DNA of 64,000 nt from an uncultured Dehalococcoidia bacterium (GTDB taxonomy: Bacteria > Chloroflexota > Dehalococcoidia > SZUA-161). Numbering within the stretch: position 1 is the first letter of the stretch; every line of letters starts with the position of its first letter. The notes below the pieces were generated by a model that ran no database searches, was not told the DNA's origin, and saw nothing but the letters and a program-made list of their open reading frames with translations. The stretch lies in contig CAZGDV010000002.1 in NCBI GenBank assembly GCA_964524995.1, positions 1,787 through 65,786 of the forward strand, read 5' to 3'. Shown here piece after piece: positions 10,675 to 20,335 of the stretch. Made by a program: the position numbers and the translations under genes.

Positions 10675-10857
10675 CTAGCCAGCGACCTTGTGCTGAGTGC
10701 GAAGGCACCTGGTGCAGATGTGGACGCGCTCTCTCTTGCCGTTCTTCACAATCGTGGCGGTGGTTATGTTGGGAAGCCAGAGCCGCTTGGTGTGGCGCTT
10801 GGAGTGTGAAACATTGTTTCCGAATTGCGGCCCCTTGCCGCACAAGTCGCACTTCAC
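10675..10857 (-). CDS. rpmB: 50S ribosomal protein L28
   Basis: 60 aa from GTG 10857, preceded by AAGGAG. KCDLCGKGPQFGNNVSHSKRHTKR is typical of L28. The 86-aa ORF-track start is rejected. Confidence 0.88.
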   Translation of the reverse strand: MKCDLCGKGPQFGNNVSHSKRHTKRLWLPNITTATIVKNGKRERVHICTRCLRTQHKVAG

Positions 10858-11017
10858 TTCAGTCTCCTTTGACTGGGGCCGTTTTTTTGAGTAGAATTCG
10901 GCAGAAAGAATAACACATCGGGCTCGATCTGGCAAGGGCAGAGAGAGCTGCCGGAATGGGGGCGTCGTTCCCCCGCAATGTCTTGGCTATGCTGAACTCT
11001 ACGGGTGAGGGCCGGCT

Positions 11018-12631
11018 GTGAACAAAATCACTTCCTGCAACGGGCAGGACCTCAGCGGCATGTTTGGCGCGGCTACCCGTTGGCTGGAGCGCAGCGCCCA
11101 GGCGATCAACCTCCTGAACGTGTTCCCGGTACCCGACGGCGACACCGGAATCAACATGCTTCTCACGATGCGCGCTGCGATGGAGGAAGCCCGACGGGCC
11201 TCCGACGATAGTGCGTCCGCTATCGCGCAGGCTATGGCCCGGGGGTCGCTGATGGGGGCCCGTGGCAACAGCGGCGTGATTCTGTCCCAGATACTCCGAG
11301 GGTTTGCACAGGGCCTCGAAGGGAAGTCATCCTTCACGGGCAAGGACCTGGCCGCAGCCCTAGAACAATCGTCGACCCTCGCCTACAAGGCGGTTACGAA
11401 GCCCGTGGAGGGAACCATTCTGACAGTGGTACGCGAGGCCGCCGCAGCGGCCAGGAACAGGAGCAAGTCGAACAGCGCCGATCTGACGGCGATAATGGAA
11501 GCCACCGTCGAGGAAGCGCGCGACGCCGTTGCGAGGACTCCATCCCTGTTACCGGTCTTGCGTCAGGCCGGGGTCGTCGACGCGGGGGGGCAGGGGCTCT
11601 ATGTCGTTCTGGAGGGTGCTCTCCGCTATCTGAAGGGCGAATCCGAGGACATCGATCAGGACTTGGGCCCGGCCACCATTTCGCCGCAGGCGGTACTGGA
11701 CCCAGCCGGCGAGACGCAATACGGTTACTGTACGGAGTTCCTCCTGGAGGGCGAGAACCTGAATCAGGATGCGATAAGGGAGTGGCTGCTCGGCGTGGGC
11801 GACTCGGTCCTGGTGGTGGGGGATGACGACGCCACCAGAGTCCATGTCCACACCCACGACCCCGGTGCGGTCCTCAGCTACGCCACCTCGTTGGGTACCC
11901 TGCGCAAGATCAAGATCGATAACATGGAGGACCAGCACCAGGATTTCATCGCATCTCAGCCCCAGCTCCAGGTATCGCAGATATCGACTGTCGCCGTGGC
12001 CGCAGGCGACGGGCTGATCCAGGCGTTCTACAGTATCGGGGCCACCACAGTGGTCTCAGGCGGCGACACGATGAACCCGAGCGTACAGGAACTCCTCCAG
12101 GCCGTCGAATCCGCACCGTCCAACCAGATCGCGATTCTGCCCAACAACTCCAATGTCATTCTGACAGCCAGCCGGGTGCAGGAACTCACCGAGAAACGCG
12201 TAGCAGTGGTGCCGTCGAAGACCATACCGCAGGGCATCGCCGCCCTTCTCGCACTCAACTACGAGACCGATCTGGAGGCTAACTCCGAGGCTATGAAGAG
12301 GGCGCTGTCCACGGTGCTCAGCGGCGAGGTCACGAGGGCGGTCAGGGCTATGGAACTCGATGGGCTGAAGATCTCGCGGGGGCAGGCAATAGCCTTCCTG
12401 GATGGCAAGCTGGTGGCAAGTGCGGAAAGCATCTCTCAGGCCGTTGCCAATATGCTCAGCCATGTGGACTTCGAGCAGTACGGATTGCTTACGATTTACT
12501 ACGGCGCGGACACAGAGACCGCAGAGGCACAAGAGCTGTCCGAATCGATCCAGGAGCAGTATCCGTCCCTGGAGATAGAGCTGGTTGCCGGCAGGCAGCC
12601 GCACTACAACTACATCATCTCAGCAGAGTAA
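11018..12631 (+). CDS. DAK2-domain fusion protein (YloV-like)
   Basis: 537 aa. NLLNVFPVPDGDTGINM DAK2 motif. The rpmB / yloV / recG neighbourhood matches the one conserved in Firmicutes. Confidence 0.85.
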   Translation: MNKITSCNGQDLSGMFGAATRWLERSAQAINLLNVFPVPDGDTGINMLLTMRAAMEEARRASDDSASAIAQAMARGSLMGARGNSGVILSQILRGFAQGLEGKSSFTGKDLAAALEQSSTLAYKAVTKPVEGTILTVVREAAAAARNRSKSNSADLTAIMEATVEEARDAVARTPSLLPVLRQAGVVDAGGQGLYVVLEGALRYLKGESEDIDQDLGPATISPQAVLDPAGETQYGYCTEFLLEGENLNQDAIREWLLGVGDSVLVVGDDDATRVHVHTHDPGAVLSYATSLGTLRKIKIDNMEDQHQDFIASQPQLQVSQISTVAVAAGDGLIQAFYSIGATTVVSGGDTMNPSVQELLQAVESAPSNQIAILPNNSNVILTASRVQELTEKRVAVVPSKTIPQGIAALLALNYETDLEANSEAMKRALSTVLSGEVTRAVRAMELDGLKISRGQAIAFLDGKLVASAESISQAVANMLSHVDFEQYGLLTIYYGADTETAEAQELSESIQEQYPSLEIELVAGRQPHYNYIISAE

Positions 12632-12668
12632 TCGCTCCACTTCAATTCGAAGTGAGAAGGCGAACCAC

Positions 12669-12700
12669 GCCCGGTGTGATCCCGGGCTGTGTTTGTTTTG
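12669..12700 (+). terminator. Rho-independent terminator-like hairpin after the yloV-like gene
   Basis: GCCCGG-tgtgatc-CCGGGC followed by TGTGTTTGTTTTG. It overlaps the first codons of the longest recG ORF. Confidence 0.5.
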
Positions 12701-15121
12701 AGAAGTGGAAGCTTGAATCAGACGCTGGAACGACTCCGCAAGATCCTCGAACTCGAACAGTCACGGGGGTACAGTAACCAGGCGGTGATTGGCGGCCTGG
12801 ACCGGTTCCTGCAACGTATGCCCCCAAGCACCCCGATGCTCTCCGAGTTGCTCTCACGGAGCTACGCTACCCTGGATGCCGCCGAGCGACGGCAGTGGGT
12901 CCAGAGCATACTCAGGGAGATCGAGTCAGGGGCCGGGCCTGCGTCTGCAGCCCCTCCCCACCCCAAGGGCACAACGAGTCGCCCCCAGGTACGGAAGCGG
13001 GCCCCGATGGCCATCGCGGACCTCAATGCGCCGATAACCTCGCTACGGGGAGTGAATGCCAGCCTGGCATCCAAGTTCGCCAAGCTCGGTGTATCCACAG
13101 TGCTCGACCTGATCTACCTGTTCCCGAACCGGCACGCCGACTACAGCTGCACGAGACCTGTCGCCGAACTGGTGCCCGGCGTGGAACAGACCGCTATCGC
13201 CACCGTATGGGAGGCCGGCGAGAGGGTCATGCCGGGCCGCAAGCGAGCCGCAGAGGCCATTGTCGGCGACGAGTCAGGCAACGTACGGGTCATCTGGTTC
13301 AACCAACCGTACCTCGCGAAGACACTCAAGCCCAACAGCCGCATCGTCATCAGCGGCAAGGTAGGCCTGTACCATGGAAGGAAGGTATTCGAGTCTCCCG
13401 AGTGGGAGTTTCTCGACTCCGACGACCTGACGCACACGGGCAGGCTCGTTCCAGTCTACCCTCTGACGGCGGGCCTGTCCCCCAGGGTCGTCAGGCGGCT
13501 GATCAAGGGTGTGCTCGACTCTTGCCTGCCTGCGCTGGTCGATTTCCTGCCCGAGGAAGTGCGGGAGCGCGCCAGCCTGCTTTCGCTTCCCGAAGCCATC
13601 AGCCAGGCGCACTATCCCGATACCGAGTCGAGCAAGGACCAGGCCAGGAAGCGACTGGCCTTCGACGAACTCTTCCTCATCCAGCTGGGCGTGTTATCGA
13701 AGAGACGAGACTGGCGTGAGGAGGAGAGCGGGTACGCGCTTCGCGCAGACGACGATGCGATCGAACCGTTTCTCAGGTCATTGCCATTCGCGCTGACGGA
13801 TGCCCAGCGAAGGGCTCTGAGAGAGACTCAGAGCGACCTCGCGAGCAGCAGGCCGATGAGCCGCCTCCTGCAGGGCGACGTTGGCAGTGGCAAGACCGTG
13901 GTAGCGACCGCCGCGATGCTGCTCGCAGTGGCCGGCGGCTGTCAGGCCGCCTTGATGGCCCCCACCGAGATACTCGCGGAGCAGCACTTCGGAACGCTGT
14001 GCAGGCTGTTCCGAGGAGAGCAAGACACAGGCGATGGTGGTAGCGTCAGGACGTTTCGATTGGCGCCGTCGCGTCCCATCACCGTAGCCTTGCTTCACGG
14101 GGGTCTGAGGAACAGCGTCAAACAGGATGCGCAGGAGAGGATATCGGCCGGCGAGGTCGACATCGTCATCGGCACCCACGCCCTGATCCAGAAGGGCGTG
14201 GAGTTCAGCCGACTCGGGCTCAGCATCGTCGACGAGCAGCACAGGTTCGGCGTGATGCAGCGGTTGGAGCTGCGCTCCAAGGGGTCGAGCCCGCACGTCC
14301 TGGTCATGAGTGCGACCCCCATCCCCCGCACGCTCGCGCTCACGATGTACGGCGATCTCGACATCTCGGTGATAGACGAGATGCCCCCCGGCAGGACCGA
14401 GATCAAGACCAAGTGGCTCAGCCCCAACCAGCGGCAGAGCGCCTACGACTTCGTTGCCAAGCAGATCGGTGCCGGACGCCAAGCCTTCATCATATGCCCG
14501 CTGATAGAGGAGTCCGAGGCAATCCAGGCCAAGGCAGCGGTCGCGGAATACGAACGCCTTTGCAGCAGCATCTTTCCGGGCCTCCGGCTCGGTCTTCTGC
14601 ACGGACGCATGTCCAGCTCGGACAAGGAAGGCGTGATGGAGCAGTTCCGGTGCGGCGGCCTCGATATACTGGTGTCGACCCCGGTTGTCGAGGTGGGGGT
14701 TGACGTGCCCAACGCAACGGTTATGCTCATTGAGGGGGCTGATCGCTTCGGCCTGGCACAGTTGCACCAGTTCCGAGGGCGCGTGGGCAGGGGCGAGCAC
14801 CAGAGCTTCTGCCTCCTGCTGGCCGATACGCCGTCGCCCGAGGCCAGGCAACGGCTATCGTTGCTGGAGCGCACCAGGGACGGGTTCGCGCTCGCGGAGG
14901 AGGACTTGAGGCTGAGAGGGCCGGGGGAGTTCTTTGGCACTCGACAAAGCGGCCTCCCAGAGCTTAGAATGGCGAGGTTGTCCGATGTCCAGCTGCTGGA
15001 GCTGGCTCGTAGAGAAGCAATACGCCTGTTTGACGATGATCCCTATCTCGAGCGACCGGAACACCGGCTTCTGTCCGAAGAGGTCGGCAGACTGTGGCGA
15101 AGCGGAGGAGAACCTAGTTAG
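12689..15121 (+). CDS. recG: ATP-dependent DNA helicase RecG
   Basis: 810 aa. GDVGSGKT (Walker A), DEQHRFG, and helicase C motifs. Start is ambiguous (GTG 12689, TTG 12698 or TTG 12713). Confidence 0.92.
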   Translation: MFVLRSGSLNQTLERLRKILELEQSRGYSNQAVIGGLDRFLQRMPPSTPMLSELLSRSYATLDAAERRQWVQSILREIESGAGPASAAPPHPKGTTSRPQVRKRAPMAIADLNAPITSLRGVNASLASKFAKLGVSTVLDLIYLFPNRHADYSCTRPVAELVPGVEQTAIATVWEAGERVMPGRKRAAEAIVGDESGNVRVIWFNQPYLAKTLKPNSRIVISGKVGLYHGRKVFESPEWEFLDSDDLTHTGRLVPVYPLTAGLSPRVVRRLIKGVLDSCLPALVDFLPEEVRERASLLSLPEAISQAHYPDTESSKDQARKRLAFDELFLIQLGVLSKRRDWREEESGYALRADDDAIEPFLRSLPFALTDAQRRALRETQSDLASSRPMSRLLQGDVGSGKTVVATAAMLLAVAGGCQAALMAPTEILAEQHFGTLCRLFRGEQDTGDGGSVRTFRLAPSRPITVALLHGGLRNSVKQDAQERISAGEVDIVIGTHALIQKGVEFSRLGLSIVDEQHRFGVMQRLELRSKGSSPHVLVMSATPIPRTLALTMYGDLDISVIDEMPPGRTEIKTKWLSPNQRQSAYDFVAKQIGAGRQAFIICPLIEESEAIQAKAAVAEYERLCSSIFPGLRLGLLHGRMSSSDKEGVMEQFRCGGLDILVSTPVVEVGVDVPNATVMLIEGADRFGLAQLHQFRGRVGRGEHQSFCLLLADTPSPEARQRLSLLERTRDGFALAEEDLRLRGPGEFFGTRQSGLPELRMARLSDVQLLELARREAIRLFDDDPYLERPEHRLLSEEVGRLWRSGGEPS

Positions 15122-15123
15122 CA

Positions 15124-16782
15124 ATGCTTAGGAACAAACTTGCAACCCTTCTGGAACAGGCAGCGAAGGAGGCGCAGGCGAAAGGCCTGCTCCCTCAGGT
15201 CGCCCTTCCGGAGACTATGCTGGAACACCCCCAGAACCCGGAGCACGGCGACTATGCCTGCAGCCTGCCGCTGAAGGTGGCGAGGGCGGCGCGGACCGAC
15301 CCGCTGAGCATCGCGAAGAGCCTGGTAAAGCTGCTCCCGCAGATGGATGAAGTCGCCGAAGTGTCCGTGGCGGCTCCGGGCTTCATCAACTTCCGACTCA
15401 GCAACGACTGGCTGACGCGCCAGGTGGAAGACATACTGAGCGCCGGTACGGCCTACGGCGACCTCGAGATCGGCAAAGGCACCAAGGTCCAGGTGGAGTA
15501 CGTGAGCGTGAACCCCACCGGCCCCATCCACGTAGGCCACGGCCGCGGTGCTGTACTTGGCAGCACTCTCGCCAGCATACTAAGCGCAGCCGGATATGAA
15601 GTCGAGCGCGAGTATTATGTCAATGATGCCGGCAACCAGATGGACGCGTTCTATCGCTCTCTATACTGTCGCTACCTTCAGGCCATGGGCAAGGAAGCCG
15701 AGATGCCCACGGACGGATATCAGGGGTGGTACCCCGCAGAGCTGGCCAAGGAGATATCGTCCGAGCGGGGCAACGCATTCCTGCAACTCGCGGAGGAGGA
15801 GGCCGTCCGCGAGCTGGGGCGAATCGGCCTGGAGAAGGTCCTGGCCTCCATCAGGTCTGACCTCGAGAGACTGGGGGTCTTCTTCGATTCGTGGTTCAGC
15901 GAACGCACGTTGTTCGAGAAGGGACAATACGAACGTGCGATGGCTATGCTGCGGGACGGCGGCCACATAGAGGAGCGAGAAGGAGCCCAGTGGTTCGTGT
16001 CCACAGCCCTCGGGGAGGACAAGGACAACGTCCTTGTTCGAAGTAATGGCGTGCCCACCTACTTCGCGTCAGACGTTGCCTACCACTACAACAAGTTCCT
16101 CGAGCGTAGCTTCGACCGCGTAATCAACGTATGGGGCGCCGACCACCAGGGCCACGTGTCCAGGATGAAGGCGATGCTCAGCGCACTGAACATCAACCCC
16201 GACAGGCTGGACATCATCATAGCGCAAATGGTGAGCCTCAGGCGAGGAGACACGGCGATCAAGGTCTCGAAGCGCACCGGTGAGCTAGTCACTATAAGCG
16301 AGCTTCTGGACGAGGTGGGGGCGGATGCCTGTCGCTTCTTCTTCCTCTCGCGATCGGCAGACAGCCAGATGGACTTCGACCTGGAGCTGGCGAAGCGGGA
16401 GTCAGCGGACAATCCCGTGTACTACGTTCAGTATGCGCATGCCCGGATCGCCAGCATTCTCCGCCTGGCCGAAGAAAGGAACATAGACAGCGCCGACGGC
16501 GATGTCTCCCTACTCACAATAGACGCGGAGCTGAGCCTCATCCGCAGGATGATCCAGTTCCCCGAGGCTATCGACCTCGCTGCCAGGAATCTGGAGCCTC
16601 ACCACCTACCCTACTTCGCCCAGGAACTGGCGACAGCCTTCCACAGTTTCTACAAGCAGTGCAGGGTTGTCTCCGATGACCCCGTCATGTCGAAGGCACG
16701 TTTGAAGATCGTGAAGGCAGCACAGATCGTGCTGGCGAAGGCTCTCACACTGATGGGGATGACAGCGCCGGAGACGATGTAG
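15124..16782 (+). CDS. argS: Arginine--tRNA ligase
   Basis: 552 aa. Class-I aaRS PIHVGHGRG (HIGH) and a KVSKRTG (KMSK-like) motif. Confidence 0.95.
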   Translation: MLRNKLATLLEQAAKEAQAKGLLPQVALPETMLEHPQNPEHGDYACSLPLKVARAARTDPLSIAKSLVKLLPQMDEVAEVSVAAPGFINFRLSNDWLTRQVEDILSAGTAYGDLEIGKGTKVQVEYVSVNPTGPIHVGHGRGAVLGSTLASILSAAGYEVEREYYVNDAGNQMDAFYRSLYCRYLQAMGKEAEMPTDGYQGWYPAELAKEISSERGNAFLQLAEEEAVRELGRIGLEKVLASIRSDLERLGVFFDSWFSERTLFEKGQYERAMAMLRDGGHIEEREGAQWFVSTALGEDKDNVLVRSNGVPTYFASDVAYHYNKFLERSFDRVINVWGADHQGHVSRMKAMLSALNINPDRLDIIIAQMVSLRRGDTAIKVSKRTGELVTISELLDEVGADACRFFFLSRSADSQMDFDLELAKRESADNPVYYVQYAHARIASILRLAEERNIDSADGDVSLLTIDAELSLIRRMIQFPEAIDLAARNLEPHHLPYFAQELATAFHSFYKQCRVVSDDPVMSKARLKIVKAAQIVLAKALTLMGMTAPETM

Positions 16783-16787
16783 CAGCC

Positions 16788-17291
16788 CTACAGTCCCTGC
16801 TCCTTGTACCGCTTGGCCAGGTCAGGATAAGCGTGCTCGTGACCATCCAGCCACGCCATCTGCTGCTTCACCTCGCCCTTCACCTTGGCTGGAATCCCGA
16901 CAACGAAGCTGTTGGGGGGTATCTTCTGGCCTTCGGTAACGACAGCGCCAGCCGCGATTATCGAGCCATCCCCAATCTCAGAGTTATGTAGAGTTGTAGC
17001 GTTCATGCCTATCAGGACTCTGCTCCCTACCCTGGCGCTGTGCACCGCGGCACCATGCCCGACTATGACATTGTCGCCGATCTCCATGTCCGTTCCTGCG
17101 TGGAGTGCACAGTTGTCCTCGATGTCCACGCAGCTCCCGATCTTGATCTTTGCGAAATCGGCGCGGATCACGGCCCCCGGCCACACGTTCGAATGCTCGC
17201 CGATCTCCACATCCCCCACTACGTACGCGGCCTCACTGATGAAGCATGAATCCGCTATCCGGGGTGTCTTGCCATCGAAGCTTCTTATCAC
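16788..17291 (-). CDS. Gamma-carbonic-anhydrase-like hexapeptide-repeat protein (YrdA/PaaY family)
   Basis: 167 aa. Left-handed beta-helix hexapeptide repeats with a VWPGAVIRAD motif. Confidence 0.85.
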   Translation of the reverse strand: MIRSFDGKTPRIADSCFISEAAYVVGDVEIGEHSNVWPGAVIRADFAKIKIGSCVDIEDNCALHAGTDMEIGDNVIVGHGAAVHSARVGSRVLIGMNATTLHNSEIGDGSIIAAGAVVTEGQKIPPNSFVVGIPAKVKGEVKQQMAWLDGHEHAYPDLAKRYKEQGL

Positions 17292-17390
17292 GCGCGCCTC
17301 CCGCGCCCAGGCAACTCATCGACAACGTTGCGCTGCGACCGGCAAAAAATTCGGTATCTGAGAACCCCGAGGAATCATACGCATTTCGGG

Positions 17391-17822
17391 CTAGGCGTGC
17401 TTGTCAGCCCAGTCACCTGCAACAGGGAGCTTGTACCTTTCTCCCTGGTATGCCTTGTACATGAGGAAGACCCAGAGGACCAGGCCCACAAACAGGGCGA
17501 AAGTACCCACTATGCCGAACACGGCACCAACATATGGGACATTGGTCAACACGATCAGAAGGCCTATGGCAATAGTCAACCCCCCGAAAGCGGCTATCGA
17601 CTGCAGAGCGTGGAATCGGACGAAACCGTCCTGCCTCTCGACTGCCACAAACAGCAGCCCCGTTACCCACCCGAACAGGTAGCTAAGTACCCCTCCCATG
17701 TTCCTCACCCCAGCCGACCTGCCCGGCCGAATCTCACCACTCCCACCCTCCAGCGGAGCGCCACTTACTTCGCAGGTTCCAGGGTCGCCTGAGTTCGTGG
17801 TGCCGCGGTCGGGAGAGTCCAT
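17391..17822 (-). CDS. DUF4870-like small membrane protein
   Basis: The ERQDGFVRFHALQSI motif plus 3 TM segments resembles DUF4870. Start placed at ATG 17822 after GGAAGGAGG. Confidence 0.6.
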   Translation of the reverse strand: MDSPDRGTTNSGDPGTCEVSGAPLEGGSGEIRPGRSAGVRNMGGVLSYLFGWVTGLLFVAVERQDGFVRFHALQSIAAFGGLTIAIGLLIVLTNVPYVGAVFGIVGTFALFVGLVLWVFLMYKAYQGERYKLPVAGDWADKHA

Positions 17823-17904
17823 GGGGCCTCCTTCCATCGATCCTGGCACATTGTAGACCACGGCGCACATTGTGTAAAGCAGGCCAAGCCCCGACCATCC
17901 TGCC

Positions 17905-17984
17905 GTCAAGACGTTTGAACATCTGGCTGTCTGCGCGTGCAGACATCTGGCCCTTCAGACGTTCAGCTGCGCCGCTGTCCCGTG
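17905..17984 (+). repeat. 8-bp-phased intergenic repeat cluster (YCWGNYGT family)
   Basis: GTTTGAAC ATCTGGCT GTCTGCGC GTGCAGAC ATCTGGCC CTTCAGAC GTTCAGCT in the divergent DUF4870/trpS spacer. Confidence 0.6.
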
Positions 17985-18040
17985 TTGTGTGCACTCTGCG
18001 TTTTATGTTACACTCCGCTCGTGATCCCAGGAGGCACGAA

Positions 18041-19018
18041 TTGAAGAAGAGGCGAGTGTTCTCTGGAGCCCGACCTACCGGCAGACAGCACATCGGCAAC
18101 TACATCGGAGCGATTCAGAACTACGTCGGCCTGCAGGAGGACTACGACTGCATCTACTGCGTGGTCGATGTCCACGCTCTGACTACACTCGAGGATACGC
18201 ACCTCCTCAAGGAGAACACCCGGGAGATGGTGCTCGACTGGCTGGCGGCCGGACTCGATCCCGAGCGAAGTATCATCTTCGTGCAGTCCCACGTACCCCA
18301 GGTCATGGAGCTTCACACCTACCTGAGCATGGTTACACCTCTGGGCTGGCTCATGCGAGTTGCCACGTTCAAAGAGAAAGTGAAGAGCCAGCCCCATAAT
18401 GTCAACTACGGGCTTGTGGGCTACCCCGTGCTGATGACAGCCGATATCGTGCTGTACAAGGCGGACACGATACCGGTCGGTGAGGACCAATTGCCCCACT
18501 TGGAACTCGCCCGTGAGATCGTGCGCCGCTTCAACTTCCTCTTCAGTCCGACCTTCCCTGAGCCAAAGGCGAAGCTCACGACTTACCCCATGGTTATGGG
18601 CCTCGACGGCGAGCGCAAGATGAGCAAGAGCTACGACAACCACCTGGAGCTGGCCGCCACGCCGGAGGAGACGGCCCAGCGTGTCATGACCGCTTTCACA
18701 GACCCTGCGAGGAAGCGCCGCAACGACCCGGGACACCCCGAGGTCTGCAACATCTACAGCCTCCATCATAACTACAACCCCGATCGGGTGGAGGAACTCG
18801 CCAGCCAGTGCCGGAGCGCAGGAATAGGCTGCGTGGAATGCAAGCAGCTCCTAGCTGCGGGGATCAATCGGGACCTTGAACCCTTCCGCCAGCGAAGAGC
18901 CGAGATCTCGGCGCGCAAGGGCTACGTGGAAGAGGTGCTGGCCGATGGTGCGAGACGCGCTCGCGTCATAGCGGATGACACGATGCAAGAGGTCAGGGAG
19001 AGAATGGGCCTGCCATGA
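18041..19018 (+). CDS. trpS: Tryptophan--tRNA ligase
   Basis: 325 aa from TTG 18041, 8 nt after GGAGG. TGRQHIGNY (HIGH-type) and RKMSKS motifs. The upstream 57-codon extension is rejected. Confidence 0.93.
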   Translation: MKKRRVFSGARPTGRQHIGNYIGAIQNYVGLQEDYDCIYCVVDVHALTTLEDTHLLKENTREMVLDWLAAGLDPERSIIFVQSHVPQVMELHTYLSMVTPLGWLMRVATFKEKVKSQPHNVNYGLVGYPVLMTADIVLYKADTIPVGEDQLPHLELAREIVRRFNFLFSPTFPEPKAKLTTYPMVMGLDGERKMSKSYDNHLELAATPEETAQRVMTAFTDPARKRRNDPGHPEVCNIYSLHHNYNPDRVEELASQCRSAGIGCVECKQLLAAGINRDLEPFRQRRAEISARKGYVEEVLADGARRARVIADDTMQEVRERMGLP

Positions 19019-19815
19019 CAGACCTGCCCGACTCCGTTACCGGAAAGGACGCTCTCGAAGTCGCCGTCGCCGCCGCCCGGCAAGCCGGCGCTATCCTCAC
19101 CGATCGTTTTCGCGGGAGTACGAAGGCGCACTTCAAGGGCAGGGCCAACATCGTTACCGAGGCCGATCTGGAGGCGGAGCGAGCCATCATCTCATTACTC
19201 CGCGCCGAGTTCCCCGACCACGGCATACTCTCCGAGGAATCCGAACCGATCGCCGGCGACGCTGGCCTGACGTGGATCCTGGACCCGCTGGACGGCACGA
19301 ACAACTTCTCCTTCGGCATACCTCTGTTCTGCGTCGTACTCGCCCTGACCAGGAGTGACGAGTCGCTGCTTGGCGTTATCTACGATCCCCTCCGAGACGA
19401 GCTTTTCTCCGCCCGCAAGGGCGGTGGTGCCTATCTCAACGGCCAGCCAATGTCGGTCACACGCAAGACCACCGTCCCGGAGTCGCTGGTCGGCCTGGAC
19501 CTGGGCTACGTTGATGAGAACGGGAAGAGGCTTCTTCAGCTGTTGGCCAGGCTCTGGCCGAACGTGTACGCCTTCAGGCTGATGGGCTCGGCAGCCCTCT
19601 CAATGGCATACGTCGCCTGCGGCCGGCTCGATCTGTACTTCCACCTGCTTCTGTACCCCTGGGAGCTCGCCTGTGGCCAGCTCCTGGTCACCGAAGCGGG
19701 CGGGGTGGCCACGAACTGGAGTGGCGCACCGCTGGGAACGCAGGGCGACTCCATTGTCGCCTCCAATCCCGAGGTCCACGCCGACTTCCTGGCACGGCTC
19801 CGCGACATGGCCTAG
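19015..19815 (+). CDS. Inositol monophosphatase family protein
   Basis: 266 aa. WILDPLDGTNNF motif; ATGA overlap with trpS. Confidence 0.88.
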   Translation: MTDLPDSVTGKDALEVAVAAARQAGAILTDRFRGSTKAHFKGRANIVTEADLEAERAIISLLRAEFPDHGILSEESEPIAGDAGLTWILDPLDGTNNFSFGIPLFCVVLALTRSDESLLGVIYDPLRDELFSARKGGGAYLNGQPMSVTRKTTVPESLVGLDLGYVDENGKRLLQLLARLWPNVYAFRLMGSAALSMAYVACGRLDLYFHLLLYPWELACGQLLVTEAGGVATNWSGAPLGTQGDSIVASNPEVHADFLARLRDMA

Positions 19816-19969
19816 CCACACGAAGACCGCGATCCGCAGACCTCCAGCTCCGCAACGCGTGCTTATGGTTTTCTTATTCTCAGCTAACATAATCCTAATA
19901 CTCAAACGTTATCATTGTTGATCACAAGGGCTGGAGGGCCAGACCGTCTACCCCTTCGGGAGGTGAGCG

Positions 19970-20218
19970 ATGTCTGGGCCTGACGAGAGCGAAGGCGATC
20001 GTAGAAGTGACAGAGGTCCGTGGGTGACAGTGCAGGAAGCCGCTCGACTCCTGAACGTACACCCCAACACACTGAGGCGCTGGGGCAACCGAGGGTTGAT
20101 CAGAACGTTTCGGGTCGGCCCCCGTGGCGACAGGCGCTATAGGCGTCAGGACATCGACGACCTGCTCTGCGAGCAAGCACCTCAACTGCCCGCGGGTCAA
20201 CCCGGACGACACAGGTAG
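19970..20218 (+). CDS. Small excisionase/MerR-type HTH DNA-binding protein
   Basis: 82 aa. WVTVQEAARLLNVHPNTLRRWGNRGLI HTH; GGGAGGTG SD; preceded by an AT-rich patch. Confidence 0.6.
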   Translation: MSGPDESEGDRRSDRGPWVTVQEAARLLNVHPNTLRRWGNRGLIRTFRVGPRGDRRYRRQDIDDLLCEQAPQLPAGQPGRHR

Positions 20219-20270
20219 CATAGCCAACGGTCAGGCAACGTCTGCTCGAATCGTTGCGCTTGAACCGTGT

Positions 20271-20304
20271 CAGAAGAAGGGAGCCAGCCATTAGGCCGGC
20301 CCCC
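20271..20304 (-). terminator. Rho-independent terminator of cooS
   Basis: On the minus strand: GGGGGCCGGCC-TAAT-GGCTGGCTCCC (11 bp, 2 G-U) followed by TTCTTCTG. Lies 30 nt past the cooS stop. Confidence 0.6.
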
Positions 20305-20335
20305 TTACTGTTCCCCGTCCGCGAGAGACCATACG

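Noticed and set aside
17870-18040. ATG 17870 or ATG 18005 as the trpS start.
   Set aside because: The extension crosses the octamer-repeat spacer and overlaps the divergent gene. TTG 18041 has a GGAGG at optimal spacing and gives a normal-length TrpS.
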